Positions 26,844 through 35,265 of a stretch of DNA of 56,681 nt are shown in pieces. The notes under the pieces are model-generated. The model saw nothing but the letters and a program-made list of their open reading frames with translations. It did no database searches and was not told where the DNA came from. The number at the start of each line of letters is the position of its first letter. The first letter of the stretch is position 1. The DNA lies in contig DATEMN010000001.1 in NCBI GenBank assembly GCA_035275565.1, positions 1-56,681 on the forward strand. Reading direction: 5' to 3'. The position numbers were made by a program, and so were the translations under genes. This stretch comes from Pseudonocardiaceae bacterium (GTDB lineage Bacteria; Actinomycetota; Actinomycetes; Mycobacteriales; Pseudonocardiaceae).

Positions 26844-26960
26844 CTCTCCCGAGTGCAACCTAGCGGGTCGGAGCGCCCTCGCGCTCTCCGAGTGCCATTC
26901 GGAGCCGAATCGCGGTTTTGAGTGCCCCGCCGGGTGCCATTCGGAGGCTAATGGTGGTCG
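26844..26960 (+). repeat. Cluster of 2-3 copies of the dispersed palindromic repeat
   Basis: ctctccgagtgccattcggagccgaatcgcggtttt (26884-) and gggtgccattcggaggctaatggtggtc (26933-), plus a degenerate unit ctctcccgagtgcaacctagcgggtcggagcg (26846-). Confidence 0.75.
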
Positions 26961-27275
26961 TATCCGGTGGAGTTGGCGCGTTATTGCCGTTGACCTGTTA
27001 TGGCTGGATGTCGGCGGATGGAGTGACTGCTTTGGTGCACTTCTACGGCGCTGCGCTCGGTCGTAACACTCGCCACCTGAAGCATGATCTCGACGTAAGG
27101 AGCGGCAGCCTCGCTGAGGCCGCTCGGTGGCCTCAGCCAGTACCGGGCGGATTGCGGCCGCATCGGTGCGTCCCCAGGTTCATGATCGGAATTCTCGGGT
27201 CGGGGTGCGCAGAGATTGTCAGAGCCCTCCGCTAGCCTTAGAACGTATGTTCGACTATGTTACTGGGGGTGCAGG

Positions 27276-27572
27276 ATGGACGAGCGTTTAGGGCTGGTGC
27301 TGCGGAAGCGCGTGGAGGCGTATCTGCGCGAGGCCGAGCGGGTGCTCCGCGGAGCGGAGCCGGGAGTGGCCTGGCCAGTGGTCCGGGTCCGGCTGCTTCC
27401 CCTGGTCACGGCTTGGCGGAGTCTCCTGACGCAGCACGGTCTTGGTCTCCATGGCCGCTGTCAGCACTGCGATCGGGGGTTTCGCTTTGTGCGCAGCCAA
27501 CGCCTGCGGTGCTCGGTGTGGCGCACCGCTCATGCCTACTTGGGTGGTGGGTGGCCGTTGGATGGCGGCTAG
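27276..27572 (+). CDS. Small hypothetical Cys/His-containing protein
   Basis: MDERLGLVLRKRVEAYLREAERVL...HGRCQHCDRGFRF...CSVWRTAH.... I recognise no family. The start is chosen at ATG 27276. Confidence 0.35.
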   Translation: MDERLGLVLRKRVEAYLREAERVLRGAEPGVAWPVVRVRLLPLVTAWRSLLTQHGLGLHGRCQHCDRGFRFVRSQRLRCSVWRTAHAYLGGGWPLDGG

Positions 27573-27592
27573 TGACCCGGTGGTGGCTGCGG

Positions 27593-28462
27593 TCAGAAGT
27601 CGACGCCGTGGTTGTGCAGCCATGTGATCGGGTTGATCTTCTGGCCCGCCGCGTTCCACACCTCGAAGTGCAGATGTGGCCCGGTCGAGTGACCCCGGTT
27701 GCCCATTTCGGCGATCTTCTGGCCCGCCTGGACCAGTTGGCCTTCCGTGACCAGGGAGCGGTTGATGTGCCCGTAGACGGTCGTCGTGCCGTCGGTATGG
27801 CGCAGGCGCACCCACAGGCCGAAACCGCTGGCAGGTCCCGACTCCACGACCACACCGTCGGCAGCAGCGAGGATCGGAGTCCCGATGGCGTTGGCAATGT
27901 CGATCCCCCAGTGGAAAACGCCCCACCGCGCGCCGTATCCAGAAGTGAAGGTGCCCTTCGCCGGCAGTATGAAGCGGGTCCGGTGCGCCTCGGCCTCGAG
28001 GGCGACGCGCTGGTCAACGAGGCGCTGTCCCTTGACCATCGCTTGCACGGCCTCAGCTGCAGCCGGCTCAGCGGGTCGAGTCAACGGCAGGTACTCCGGT
28101 GCCGGGGCAGTCCCGCCCAGCCCTACCGCCCTCGCTCCTGCCGACCCCAGCCCTACCGCCGCCGGCCCTATCGCCGACGAGGTGTTATGGGCAGCGGCCA
28201 GCAACGTGGCGTCGTCGGAGATCACAGCGGTGGGGTTGTTGTCGATTGTCTGGCCTGCGGCTACGAAGGCACCAGCGGCTACGGCTGCTACAACCACCCT
28301 GCCGCGCACGGCAGGAGAAGGTGCCGTAAAGCGGTGCGCTGCCCGGGTAACCGAAGGGCTGGAACTCAGTGCCGCCTCGGGTACCGGGGATGGCCGTTGG
28401 CCGCCTGGGGAGCGGTGTCGAGCCAAGACCTGCCTTCCGTCAGGGGGAGTCCGTGCTGGCAC
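27593..28462 (-). CDS. M23 family metallopeptidase (peptidoglycan endopeptidase)
   Basis: ...FHWGIDIANAIGTPILAAADGVV... (HxxxD) and ...GNRGHSTGPHLHFEV... (HxH). It has an N-terminal membrane anchor, and the start may be downstream of 28462. Confidence 0.85.
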   Translation of the reverse strand: MPARTPPDGRQVLARHRSPGGQRPSPVPEAALSSSPSVTRAAHRFTAPSPAVRGRVVVAAVAAGAFVAAGQTIDNNPTAVISDDATLLAAAHNTSSAIGPAAVGLGSAGARAVGLGGTAPAPEYLPLTRPAEPAAAEAVQAMVKGQRLVDQRVALEAEAHRTRFILPAKGTFTSGYGARWGVFHWGIDIANAIGTPILAAADGVVVESGPASGFGLWVRLRHTDGTTTVYGHINRSLVTEGQLVQAGQKIAEMGNRGHSTGPHLHFEVWNAAGQKINPITWLHNHGVDF

Positions 28463-28973
28463 CGGGCGGGGGATCCCGGAGAGCTGATGGGTCCAGCTCC
28501 GTAGCCAGCTGTAATCGGACCGTGACCGTGGACCGGGGGACCGTAACGAAGGGCAACCCTCGCGGGCAAGGCGGCGAGCCGTGATGTGTTCCGTCGGATC
28601 GGCCAGCGTTGGCTCTTGCGCGCTGTGCGGTCGATCTGGCCGATCTAAGGGGTAGACGTGGAAGACGGGCCGATCGCGGTGCCGACCGTCAGGTCGGCCA
28701 ACGGCCTTCCGTCGGGCTGGCCAGCGCGTTCGCCACCAGATGGACGGCGCGCGAGTCGACTGGCAGCGACAAGTGCCCCACGTCGCTGGGCAGGTAGTTG
28801 GTCACCAGCAGGTCCGGATGGTCCAGCCTGGCATTGCGCTCCGCTCGACTTCACGACCCAGCTCGCGGGCTGTGCTGTGCACGTCACCGGTCAGCTCCCC
28901 GGCGGGGTTCATACCGTCACGATAAGTTATTCACGCGTCTTCGCAGGAAAGCAGGCCAGCTACCCTTGGATGA

Positions 28974-29378
28974 ATGAGTGGACGCATCCGGGTGGTTGTC
29001 GCCAAACCGGGGCTCGACGGGCACGACCGGGGCGCCAAGGTCGTCGCCCGGGCACTGCGCGACGCTGGCATGGAGGTCATCTACACCGGACTGCATCAGA
29101 CGCCGGAGCAGATCGTGGAGACCGCGCTGCAGGAAGACGCCGACGCGGTAGGACTCTCGGTCCTCTCTGGTGCCCACATGACCCTGTTCGCCCGGGTCGT
29201 CGAGTTGCTCCAGAGCAAAGGCGCGACGGACGTTCTGGTCTTCGGGGGTGGGATCATTCCCGTGGAGGACATCTCGAAGCTCGCCGAGCTCGGGGTGGCC
29301 AAGGTGTTCACCCCGGGTGCCACCACGCACGAGATCGTCGATTGGGTGCGCGCCGCCGTGGTCGGTCCGGTGGAGTGA
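28974..29378 (+). CDS. Cobalamin (B12)-binding domain protein (methylmalonyl-/isobutyryl-CoA mutase small-subunit-like)
   Basis: [35 protein letters not shown]... contains the DxHxxG B12-binding motif. Confidence 0.8.
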   Translation: MSGRIRVVVAKPGLDGHDRGAKVVARALRDAGMEVIYTGLHQTPEQIVETALQEDADAVGLSVLSGAHMTLFARVVELLQSKGATDVLVFGGGIIPVEDISKLAELGVAKVFTPGATTHEIVDWVRAAVVGPVE

Positions 29379-29471
29379 TCAGGTTCACTGGTCCCAGCAG
29401 GTCGCAGCCGCCCGCGGCTGGGTAGGGTCGGGCGGTCCATCGGTAGATCGGCCCACAACCTGGAGATTCGT

Positions 29472-30653
29472 GTGGATCTGTATGAGTACCAGGCGAGGGA
29501 TCTGTTCCACGCGCACGGCGTCCCGGTGCTTCCGGGCCACGTCGTCACCACCAGTGCGCAGGCCCGAGCCGCCGCGGTGGAGTTCGGTGCCACCGTGGTC
29601 GTCAAGGCCCAGGTGAAGGCCGGCGGCCGCGGCAAGGCCGGCGGTGTCAAGTTGGCCCGGACGCCGGACGAGGCGCAGCAGCAGGCGGCCGCCATCCTGG
29701 GTATGGACATCAAGGGTCACACCGTGCACCGCGTGCTGATCACCCCCGCGTCGGACATCGTCGAGGAGTACTACCTGTCCTTCCTGCTCGACCGCACCCA
29801 TCGCACTTTCCTCGCGATGGCCAGCGTCGAGGGCGGGATGGACATTGAGGACGTCGCCGCGACGAAGCCCGAGGCGCTGGTGAAGGTGCCGGTGGATCCG
29901 AGGTGCGGGGTCGATGCCGCGAAGGCTGCCGAGATCGTGCAGGCGGCCGGGTTCCCGGCGGAAGTGGCGTCGAAGGCCGCTGACACCGTCGTCACGCTGT
30001 GGAACGCCTTCGTCGCCGAGGATGCGACCCTGGTGGAGGTGAACCCGCTGGTCCGTGATCGGCACGGGGCGATCGTCGCGCTGGACGGCAAGGTGACCCT
30101 GGACGACAATGCCGGGTTCCGCCACCCCGATCACATCGACCTGGCCGATCCGGCCGCGCAGGATCCGCTCGAGGCCAGGGCCAGGGCCCGCAACCTCAAC
30201 TACGTCAAGCTCGACGGTCAGGTCGGCATCATCGGCAACGGGGCGGGACTGGTGATGTCCACTCTGGACGTGGTCGCCTACGCGGGCCAGGAACACGGGG
30301 GAGTGCGGCCGGCCAACTTCCTCGATATCGGTGGTGGCGCGAACGCGCAGGTGATGGCCGATGGGCTGGACATCGTCCTCGGTGATCCGGATGTGCGGTC
30401 GGTGTTCGTCAACGTCTTCGGTGGGATCACCGCCTGCGACGAGGTAGCCACCGGCATCGTCCAGGCGCTGAGTATTCTGGGTGCGGCCGCCACCAAGCCG
30501 TTGGTGGTACGACTGGATGGCAACAACGTCGAGCAGGGCCGCCGGATCCTCGCGCGCGCGGCCCATCCGCTGGTCACCATGGCCGACACAATGGATGCTG
30601 CCGCAGCCAAGGCCGCCGAGCTCGCCGCATCGACTCACGTCAAGGGAGCCTGA
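29472..30653 (+). CDS. sucC: Succinyl-CoA synthetase beta subunit
   Basis: [22 protein letters not shown]...; ATP-grasp plus ligase-CoA domains. Confidence 0.95.
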   Translation: MDLYEYQARDLFHAHGVPVLPGHVVTTSAQARAAAVEFGATVVVKAQVKAGGRGKAGGVKLARTPDEAQQQAAAILGMDIKGHTVHRVLITPASDIVEEYYLSFLLDRTHRTFLAMASVEGGMDIEDVAATKPEALVKVPVDPRCGVDAAKAAEIVQAAGFPAEVASKAADTVVTLWNAFVAEDATLVEVNPLVRDRHGAIVALDGKVTLDDNAGFRHPDHIDLADPAAQDPLEARARARNLNYVKLDGQVGIIGNGAGLVMSTLDVVAYAGQEHGGVRPANFLDIGGGANAQVMADGLDIVLGDPDVRSVFVNVFGGITACDEVATGIVQALSILGAAATKPLVVRLDGNNVEQGRRILARAAHPLVTMADTMDAAAAKAAELAASTHVKGA

Positions 30654-30656
30654 CCG

Positions 30657-31559
30657 GTGGCAATCTTCCTGACCAAGGACTCGAAGATCATCGTCCAGGG
30701 GATGACCGGCTCGGAGGGCCGCAAACACACCCAGCGGATGCTCGACGCGGGCAGTCAAGTCCTCGGTGGGGTCACCCCGGGCAAGGCTGGCCAGGTCGCC
30801 GACTTCCAGGGTGCGTCGCTGCCGGTGTTCGGTTCGGTCGCCGACGCGATGGCCACGACCGGTGCCGACGTGAGCGTCGTCTTCGTCCCGCCGCGCTTCG
30901 CCAAGGCTGCGGTCATCGAGGCGATCGATGCCGGCATCGGACTGGTTGTGGTGATCACCGAGGGGATCCCGGTGCACGACACCGTTGCGTTCTGCGCGCA
31001 CGCCGGCGCTACCGGGTTGACGGCTTCGGTGCGCACTCGCATCGTCGGCCCGAACTGTCCCGGGGTGATCAGTCCCGGCCTCGCGAATGCGGGCATCATC
31101 CCGGCGGACATCACCGGCACCGGCAAGATCGGGTTGGTGTCCAAGTCCGGCACCCTGACCTATCAGATGATGTTCGAGCTGCGCGATATCGGTTTCTCCA
31201 CCTGTGTAGGCATCGGTGGTGACCCGGTGATCGGCACCACCCACATCGACGCCCTGCAAGCCTTCGAGGATGACCCCGATACCGCGGCGGTGGTGATGAT
31301 CGGCGAGATCGGCGGGGACGCTGAGGAACGCGCCGCCGACTACATCAAGGCCAACATCACCAAACCGGTGATCGGTTACATCGCTGGCTTCACCGCCCCC
31401 GAAGGTAAGACCATGGGCCATGCTGGCGCCATCGTGTCCGGCTCGGCCGGCACTGCCGCAGCCAAAAAGGAAGCCCTCGAAGCGGCCGGTGTCCAGGTCG
31501 GCAAGACTCCCAGCGAAACCGCGGAACTGACCCGCGAGATCATGAAGTCGCTCCCCTAA
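30657..31559 (+). CDS. sucD: Succinyl-CoA synthetase alpha subunit
   Basis: ...[14 protein letters not shown]...[13 protein letters not shown]... (phosphohistidine loop). Confidence 0.95.
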   Translation: MAIFLTKDSKIIVQGMTGSEGRKHTQRMLDAGSQVLGGVTPGKAGQVADFQGASLPVFGSVADAMATTGADVSVVFVPPRFAKAAVIEAIDAGIGLVVVITEGIPVHDTVAFCAHAGATGLTASVRTRIVGPNCPGVISPGLANAGIIPADITGTGKIGLVSKSGTLTYQMMFELRDIGFSTCVGIGGDPVIGTTHIDALQAFEDDPDTAAVVMIGEIGGDAEERAADYIKANITKPVIGYIAGFTAPEGKTMGHAGAIVSGSAGTAAAKKEALEAAGVQVGKTPSETAELTREIMKSLP

Positions 31560-31563
31560 CCCC

Positions 31564-31590
31564 GTTGGTGGCCCTTCAAGTACCGCCAAC
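31564..31590 (+). terminator. Hairpin just after sucD (possible terminator, no U-tract)
   Basis: gttggtgg (31564-71) pairs with ccgccaac (31583-90): 8 bp including one G-U, with an 11-nt loop. Confidence 0.3.
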
Positions 31591-31714
31591 CCGGCTGGCG
31601 GCGGCCTCAAACTGCTGCCAACCTCGTCAGCTGGGCGGTGCAGTACCCCGATCGGATTACATCAGGGGCGCGTCAGGCGGGTGTTCCCGGTGACGGTGCC
31701 ACCCGACTGCGAGG

Positions 31715-33001
31715 GTGGCGGTTGTGAGCCTGCTGCTGTCGCCGGTGTCCGGTGCTTCCGGGGCTGGCGGTACCCGGGCGGGTCAGGCCACCACCGGTTG
31801 GGGCGCGATGGTGGGCGTCGCCTGCCTGCCGGCCGTCGCCAGCTACCTTGCCGCCGTCGCGCTGCTCACCCTGCTCGGTGTCTCGAGTGGAGCCGCTGGC
31901 GGGGCAGACAGCTCGGTGACCAGTGTGGCTCGGGCCGGTGCAGTGGGCTGGCTGGTTGCGCACCACATCTCGCTGACCATTGATGGCGCACCGCTCGGTG
32001 TCCTACCGCTGCTGCCCACTCTGCTGCTCGGCGCGCTGGTGGCTCGCTGCGCGGCCCGGGTCGGGAGCCGGTGCGCGATCCACACAACTACCGACGCGGG
32101 GTGGGTGGCCGGGTCGATCGCTGGCATCCACGGCGTGCTGGGTGCCGTCCTGGCGCTGGTGGCGACCCCGGCGACAATGACCGTGGATCCCATGCAGGCC
32201 GCCGTCGGGTGCGCGTTGATCGCCGGTGTCGCTGCTGGTCTCGGTCTGGCCAAGCCCTGCGGGTTGCTGTCCGCGGCGCTGCGTCGGGCACCCGGCTGGG
32301 TACGACCTGGTCTGGTGACCGGGGGGTGGGGTCTGGCGGTCCTGCTTATCGCCGGCTTCACGGCGGTGCTGGTGGGTCTGGGCGTATCCGCGCCCGAGGC
32401 GTTCCAGATGTCGGGGTCTGACGCCGCTAGCGCCTTCGGACTGGTCGTCCTGTCGATCGGCTACCTGCCCAACGCGGCCATCGCTGGGCTGTCCTGGCTG
32501 GCGGGGCCGGGCTTCTCAATAGGGGCGTTGTCGGTCGGCCCAGTCACGATGGTGGCCGGACCGGTGCCAGCGGTGCCACTGCTCGCCGCGCTGCCGGAGG
32601 GTCCCGTGCAGCCCTGGTGGGGCGTCGCACTCGCGGTTCCCCTGCTGCTCGGTGTCGCGGTGGGGCGCCGGTGCGCCGCCGCGGCCCTCGACCTGTCATC
32701 CCGGCTTCGTGTGCTCGGGGTAGCCGCCACGGTGCTCGCTCTGGGCAGCGCGGTGCTCGCTACGCTGGCCGGCGGACGGCTGGGTGTCGCGGCATTCGAT
32801 CCCGTCGAAATCCCTGCTGGGTCGCTAGCAGTCGCCGTGCTGGGCGCGACGCTGCTGGGTGGCTGCGCCGTCACCCTGCTGTCCTCCCCGGTCACGCCGT
32901 CCCCGATGGGTGTGGAGGCCACCACCGCAGGCGCCGCCGACAAGGGGGCACACGAGCCGCATGCCGAACCAGATAACAACACGAAACTTCTACCGGATTA
33001 G
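31715..33001 (+). CDS. Polytopic integral membrane protein. Its position between sucD and purN matches Rv0954/PerM (Rv0955) of M. tuberculosis; assignment is by synteny only
   Basis: 428 aa, at least 8 hydrophobic segments, Ala/Gly/Leu/Val-rich. Confidence 0.5.
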   Translation: MAVVSLLLSPVSGASGAGGTRAGQATTGWGAMVGVACLPAVASYLAAVALLTLLGVSSGAAGGADSSVTSVARAGAVGWLVAHHISLTIDGAPLGVLPLLPTLLLGALVARCAARVGSRCAIHTTTDAGWVAGSIAGIHGVLGAVLALVATPATMTVDPMQAAVGCALIAGVAAGLGLAKPCGLLSAALRRAPGWVRPGLVTGGWGLAVLLIAGFTAVLVGLGVSAPEAFQMSGSDAASAFGLVVLSIGYLPNAAIAGLSWLAGPGFSIGALSVGPVTMVAGPVPAVPLLAALPEGPVQPWWGVALAVPLLLGVAVGRRCAAAALDLSSRLRVLGVAATVLALGSAVLATLAGGRLGVAAFDPVEIPAGSLAVAVLGATLLGGCAVTLLSSPVTPSPMGVEATTAGAADKGAHEPHAEPDNNTKLLPD

Positions 33002-33051
33002 AGCGCCCATCTGCATCCACATTGTGGGATCTCCCCGCGCATGATTCGCCC

Positions 33052-33075
33052 GCCCTCCATTCGGAGCCAACTCCG
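33052..33075 (+). repeat. Degenerate copy of the dispersed palindromic repeat
   Basis: gccctccattcggagccaactccg. Confidence 0.5.
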
Positions 33076-33299
33076 TAAGCGCTACGCGCCGCCCTGTCGA
33101 AATAGGGGTAGCCGGCATGGTCGGCGCTGCGACTCTAGTGCTCCGCATGCCCTGGGTTCCTGAACTCATCAGGAGAGCTGTCGCAGCTTGATCAAGCGAC
33201 TTCCCTGTTAAGTTCGGGAATCCGGCAGCGGCGCACTCGGGGTAGCTGCCAGGTCGTGACCACCCCATATTTCGAAGCGAATCGCTGCCGAGCACCCTG

Positions 33300-33330
33300 C
33301 TGAGTGCCACTCGGAGCCGAATGGCGGTCG
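33300..33330 (+). repeat. Copy of the dispersed palindromic repeat
   Basis: gagtgccactcggagccgaatggcggtcg. Confidence 0.7.
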
Positions 33331-33420
33331 GCGGAGACGGTGAAGCCGGCATGCGGCCGAGGCTGAGTCGGCGGCGGTTGCATGCTCCAGAATCCGCCGC
33401 CCGGCACGCCATGGAATATC

Positions 33421-33938
33421 CTACTTGAACTGCTCTTTAAGGAGATTCAGGATCTTCTCCTGGCTGCCGTCGAAGGTGAGAGGCTTGACGCAACCAGAAA
33501 GGATGAGCATCCTTGTCAAAAAGTCCATTGAACAGAAGGTCAATCTGGTAGTATGTCAAGATGCCGTCGCGTGAATCCAGGGAATCGGATTCATGCTTGG
33601 CCTGCTCGAATTTAAACAACTTGCGAGGTGTCTTTTGATGAAGTCTTCGTGCGGGAAGCGTTTGGTTGCGCCGATGGCTTTCTTGTCGCTCCAGTACGCC
33701 GGATGCTTGAAGTCGAACTGTCAAAGATGCAGCCCGTTAGAGAGCATGAGGGCGCTCCCCGTCGGCTCGTCTGGAAATTCGAGGGCTTGAAGGTTCGCAT
33801 CCGTTGAGCATTATGTCGCTCGTCTCCTATGGAATCGTCGATCGTATATTGATAACCATCAATCATATGGGGGCTACTGCTGACTGTCACCGCCTTTTCG
33901 AAATTGATGAGAAGGGTACGGTCGAGGGTGCTCGACAT
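33421..33938 (-). pseudogene. AT-rich, heavily disrupted gene of unknown function (~170 codons; about 3 frameshifts plus one in-frame TGA)
   Basis: My own three-frame reading of the minus strand finds protein-like segments that hop frames: MSSTLDRTLLINFEKAVTVSSSPHMIDGYQYTIDDSIGDERHNAQRMRTFKPSNFQ / ...ALMLSNGLHL*QFDFKHPAYWSDKKAIGATKRFPHEDFIKRHL (TGA at 33721-23) / KLFKFEQAKHESDSLDSRDGILTYYQIDLLFNGLFDKDAHPFWLRQ / LTFDGSQEKILNLLKEQFK* (stop at 33421-23). Confidence 0.45.
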
Positions 33939-34044
33939 TACGCCGACACCACCGGAACGATCGATGAATTTCAGCTCGAAGTGTTTCTCTCCACGCCATC
34001 AGCAGCAGGCGTCGGCTGGTCTAAGCGCGGTTTCCCACCCCGTG

Positions 34045-34638
34045 TCAGACCACCCACTTGGAGGCCAGGGCGTTGCGCAGCCCACCCAACGCATGATGCT
34101 GCGCGACTCGGACGGAGTTGGGGGTTGCTCCCACGGCCTCGGCGGTCTCCTCGACCGAGAGCCCCACCGCTACTCGCAGCACGAGAATCTCGCGCTGCTC
34201 ATCCGGCAGGGTGCTCAGCAGCGTGGACATCCGGTCGGCTAATTCACCCTGCGTCGCCTGCCGCTCCGGGCGGTCGACCGTCGCCGAGGAGTCGACCGTC
34301 GCCGAGGAGTCGGTTGACGCCGGGACTGGTTCGGTGCGATTGCGCACTGCAGACCGATGGGCGTCAGCCACCTTATGTGCCGCGATGTCGTACACGAAAG
34401 CAGGAAATGACCGGCTCTGCTCGTGGTAACTGGGCAGGGCGGCGAGCACCGTGAGACACACTTCCTGGGCTAGTTGATCCGCCGCGGCGAACGTCTTTTC
34501 GTGGCTGCTGCCGAGGCGGGCCCGACAGTACCTTATTACGAGACGGTGGACCTGGCCGAGCACACTTGCAACTGCATTTCGGTCACCGTTCACTGCGGCA
34601 CTCACGAGAAGGTTGAGGTCGTCCGCCACTACTGGCAT
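34045..34638 (-). CDS. ECF-type sigma-70 family RNA polymerase sigma factor
   Basis: Region 2 ...VIRYCRARL...AQEVCLTVLAALPSY...FPAFVYDIAAHKVADAHR. Region 4 ...LPDEQREILVLRVAVGLSVEETAEAVGATPNSVRVAQHHALGGLR. The start is taken at ATG 34638 (MPVVADD...), because the track ORF's 129-aa N-terminal extension looks non-coding. Confidence 0.8.
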   Translation of the reverse strand: MPVVADDLNLLVSAAVNGDRNAVASVLGQVHRLVIRYCRARLGSSHEKTFAAADQLAQEVCLTVLAALPSYHEQSRSFPAFVYDIAAHKVADAHRSAVRNRTEPVPASTDSSATVDSSATVDRPERQATQGELADRMSTLLSTLPDEQREILVLRVAVGLSVEETAEAVGATPNSVRVAQHHALGGLRNALASKWVV

Positions 34639-35265
34639 TGCAGGGCATGGTCCCCGGGTCTCTGTCCCGGTGACAGCGGGGACGGCACAGCGCTTAGTGA
34701 TCCACACGAGTACGTGCCTTCCTCTCGTCACCGAGCCCGCACTGCCCGGCACCTCCTCGGGCTGAATCGGCCGGTGTGCGATGGTGTCGGCCTGCATGAC
34801 GGGTCGGCAGGAGACGGCACGGTCATGCCGCTCTGCGGCGGCCATTGCGGATGGCGTCTCGGCGGTGCGTCTGCGGAGTAGGCGTGCTTTCTCAGTTCCC
34901 CGGGGCGCGCGTTCGGGGGGATCCAGGTTCATGGCAGTCCCCCTCCCGGGCTCAAGCTTCTTCCTGCGGATCCGGTGAAGTGCGTCCTCGACTGCGCTGG
35001 TAGTTGCCAGTTCGAGTATCTCCACGCGTTACGCCGGTGCGCCCCGTTGACGGCGGGGTTCGGAGCGAAACATCCTGTGTTGAGGATGCTGGACGCCCGG
35101 GGGCCGGTCATCGTCTCCGCAGGTGATCTTCAGGTACCTCAGGTCATGCAGTTCCGGTAAGGTAGGTGATGTAGCCCAGGAGGTTTTCTACATCTGGGGT
35201 TAGTGGGTGGATGGCTGCGGCTTCCTGGCTGCGGGGCGGCGTTCAGAGCGGGCACGTACCTTGCT

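Noticed and set aside
28658-29425. 255-aa plus-strand ORF spanning the M23/B12-binding intergenic region
   Set aside because: It is out of frame over the clearly recognisable B12-binding domain gene (28974..29378), and its product is Arg/Gly-rich.
29385-31610. 741-aa ORF on the minus strand
   Set aside because: It is entirely antisense to the unambiguous sucC and sucD genes. The product is Arg/Gly/Asp/His-rich low-complexity sequence with no motifs. This is a typical stop-free antisense frame in high-GC DNA.
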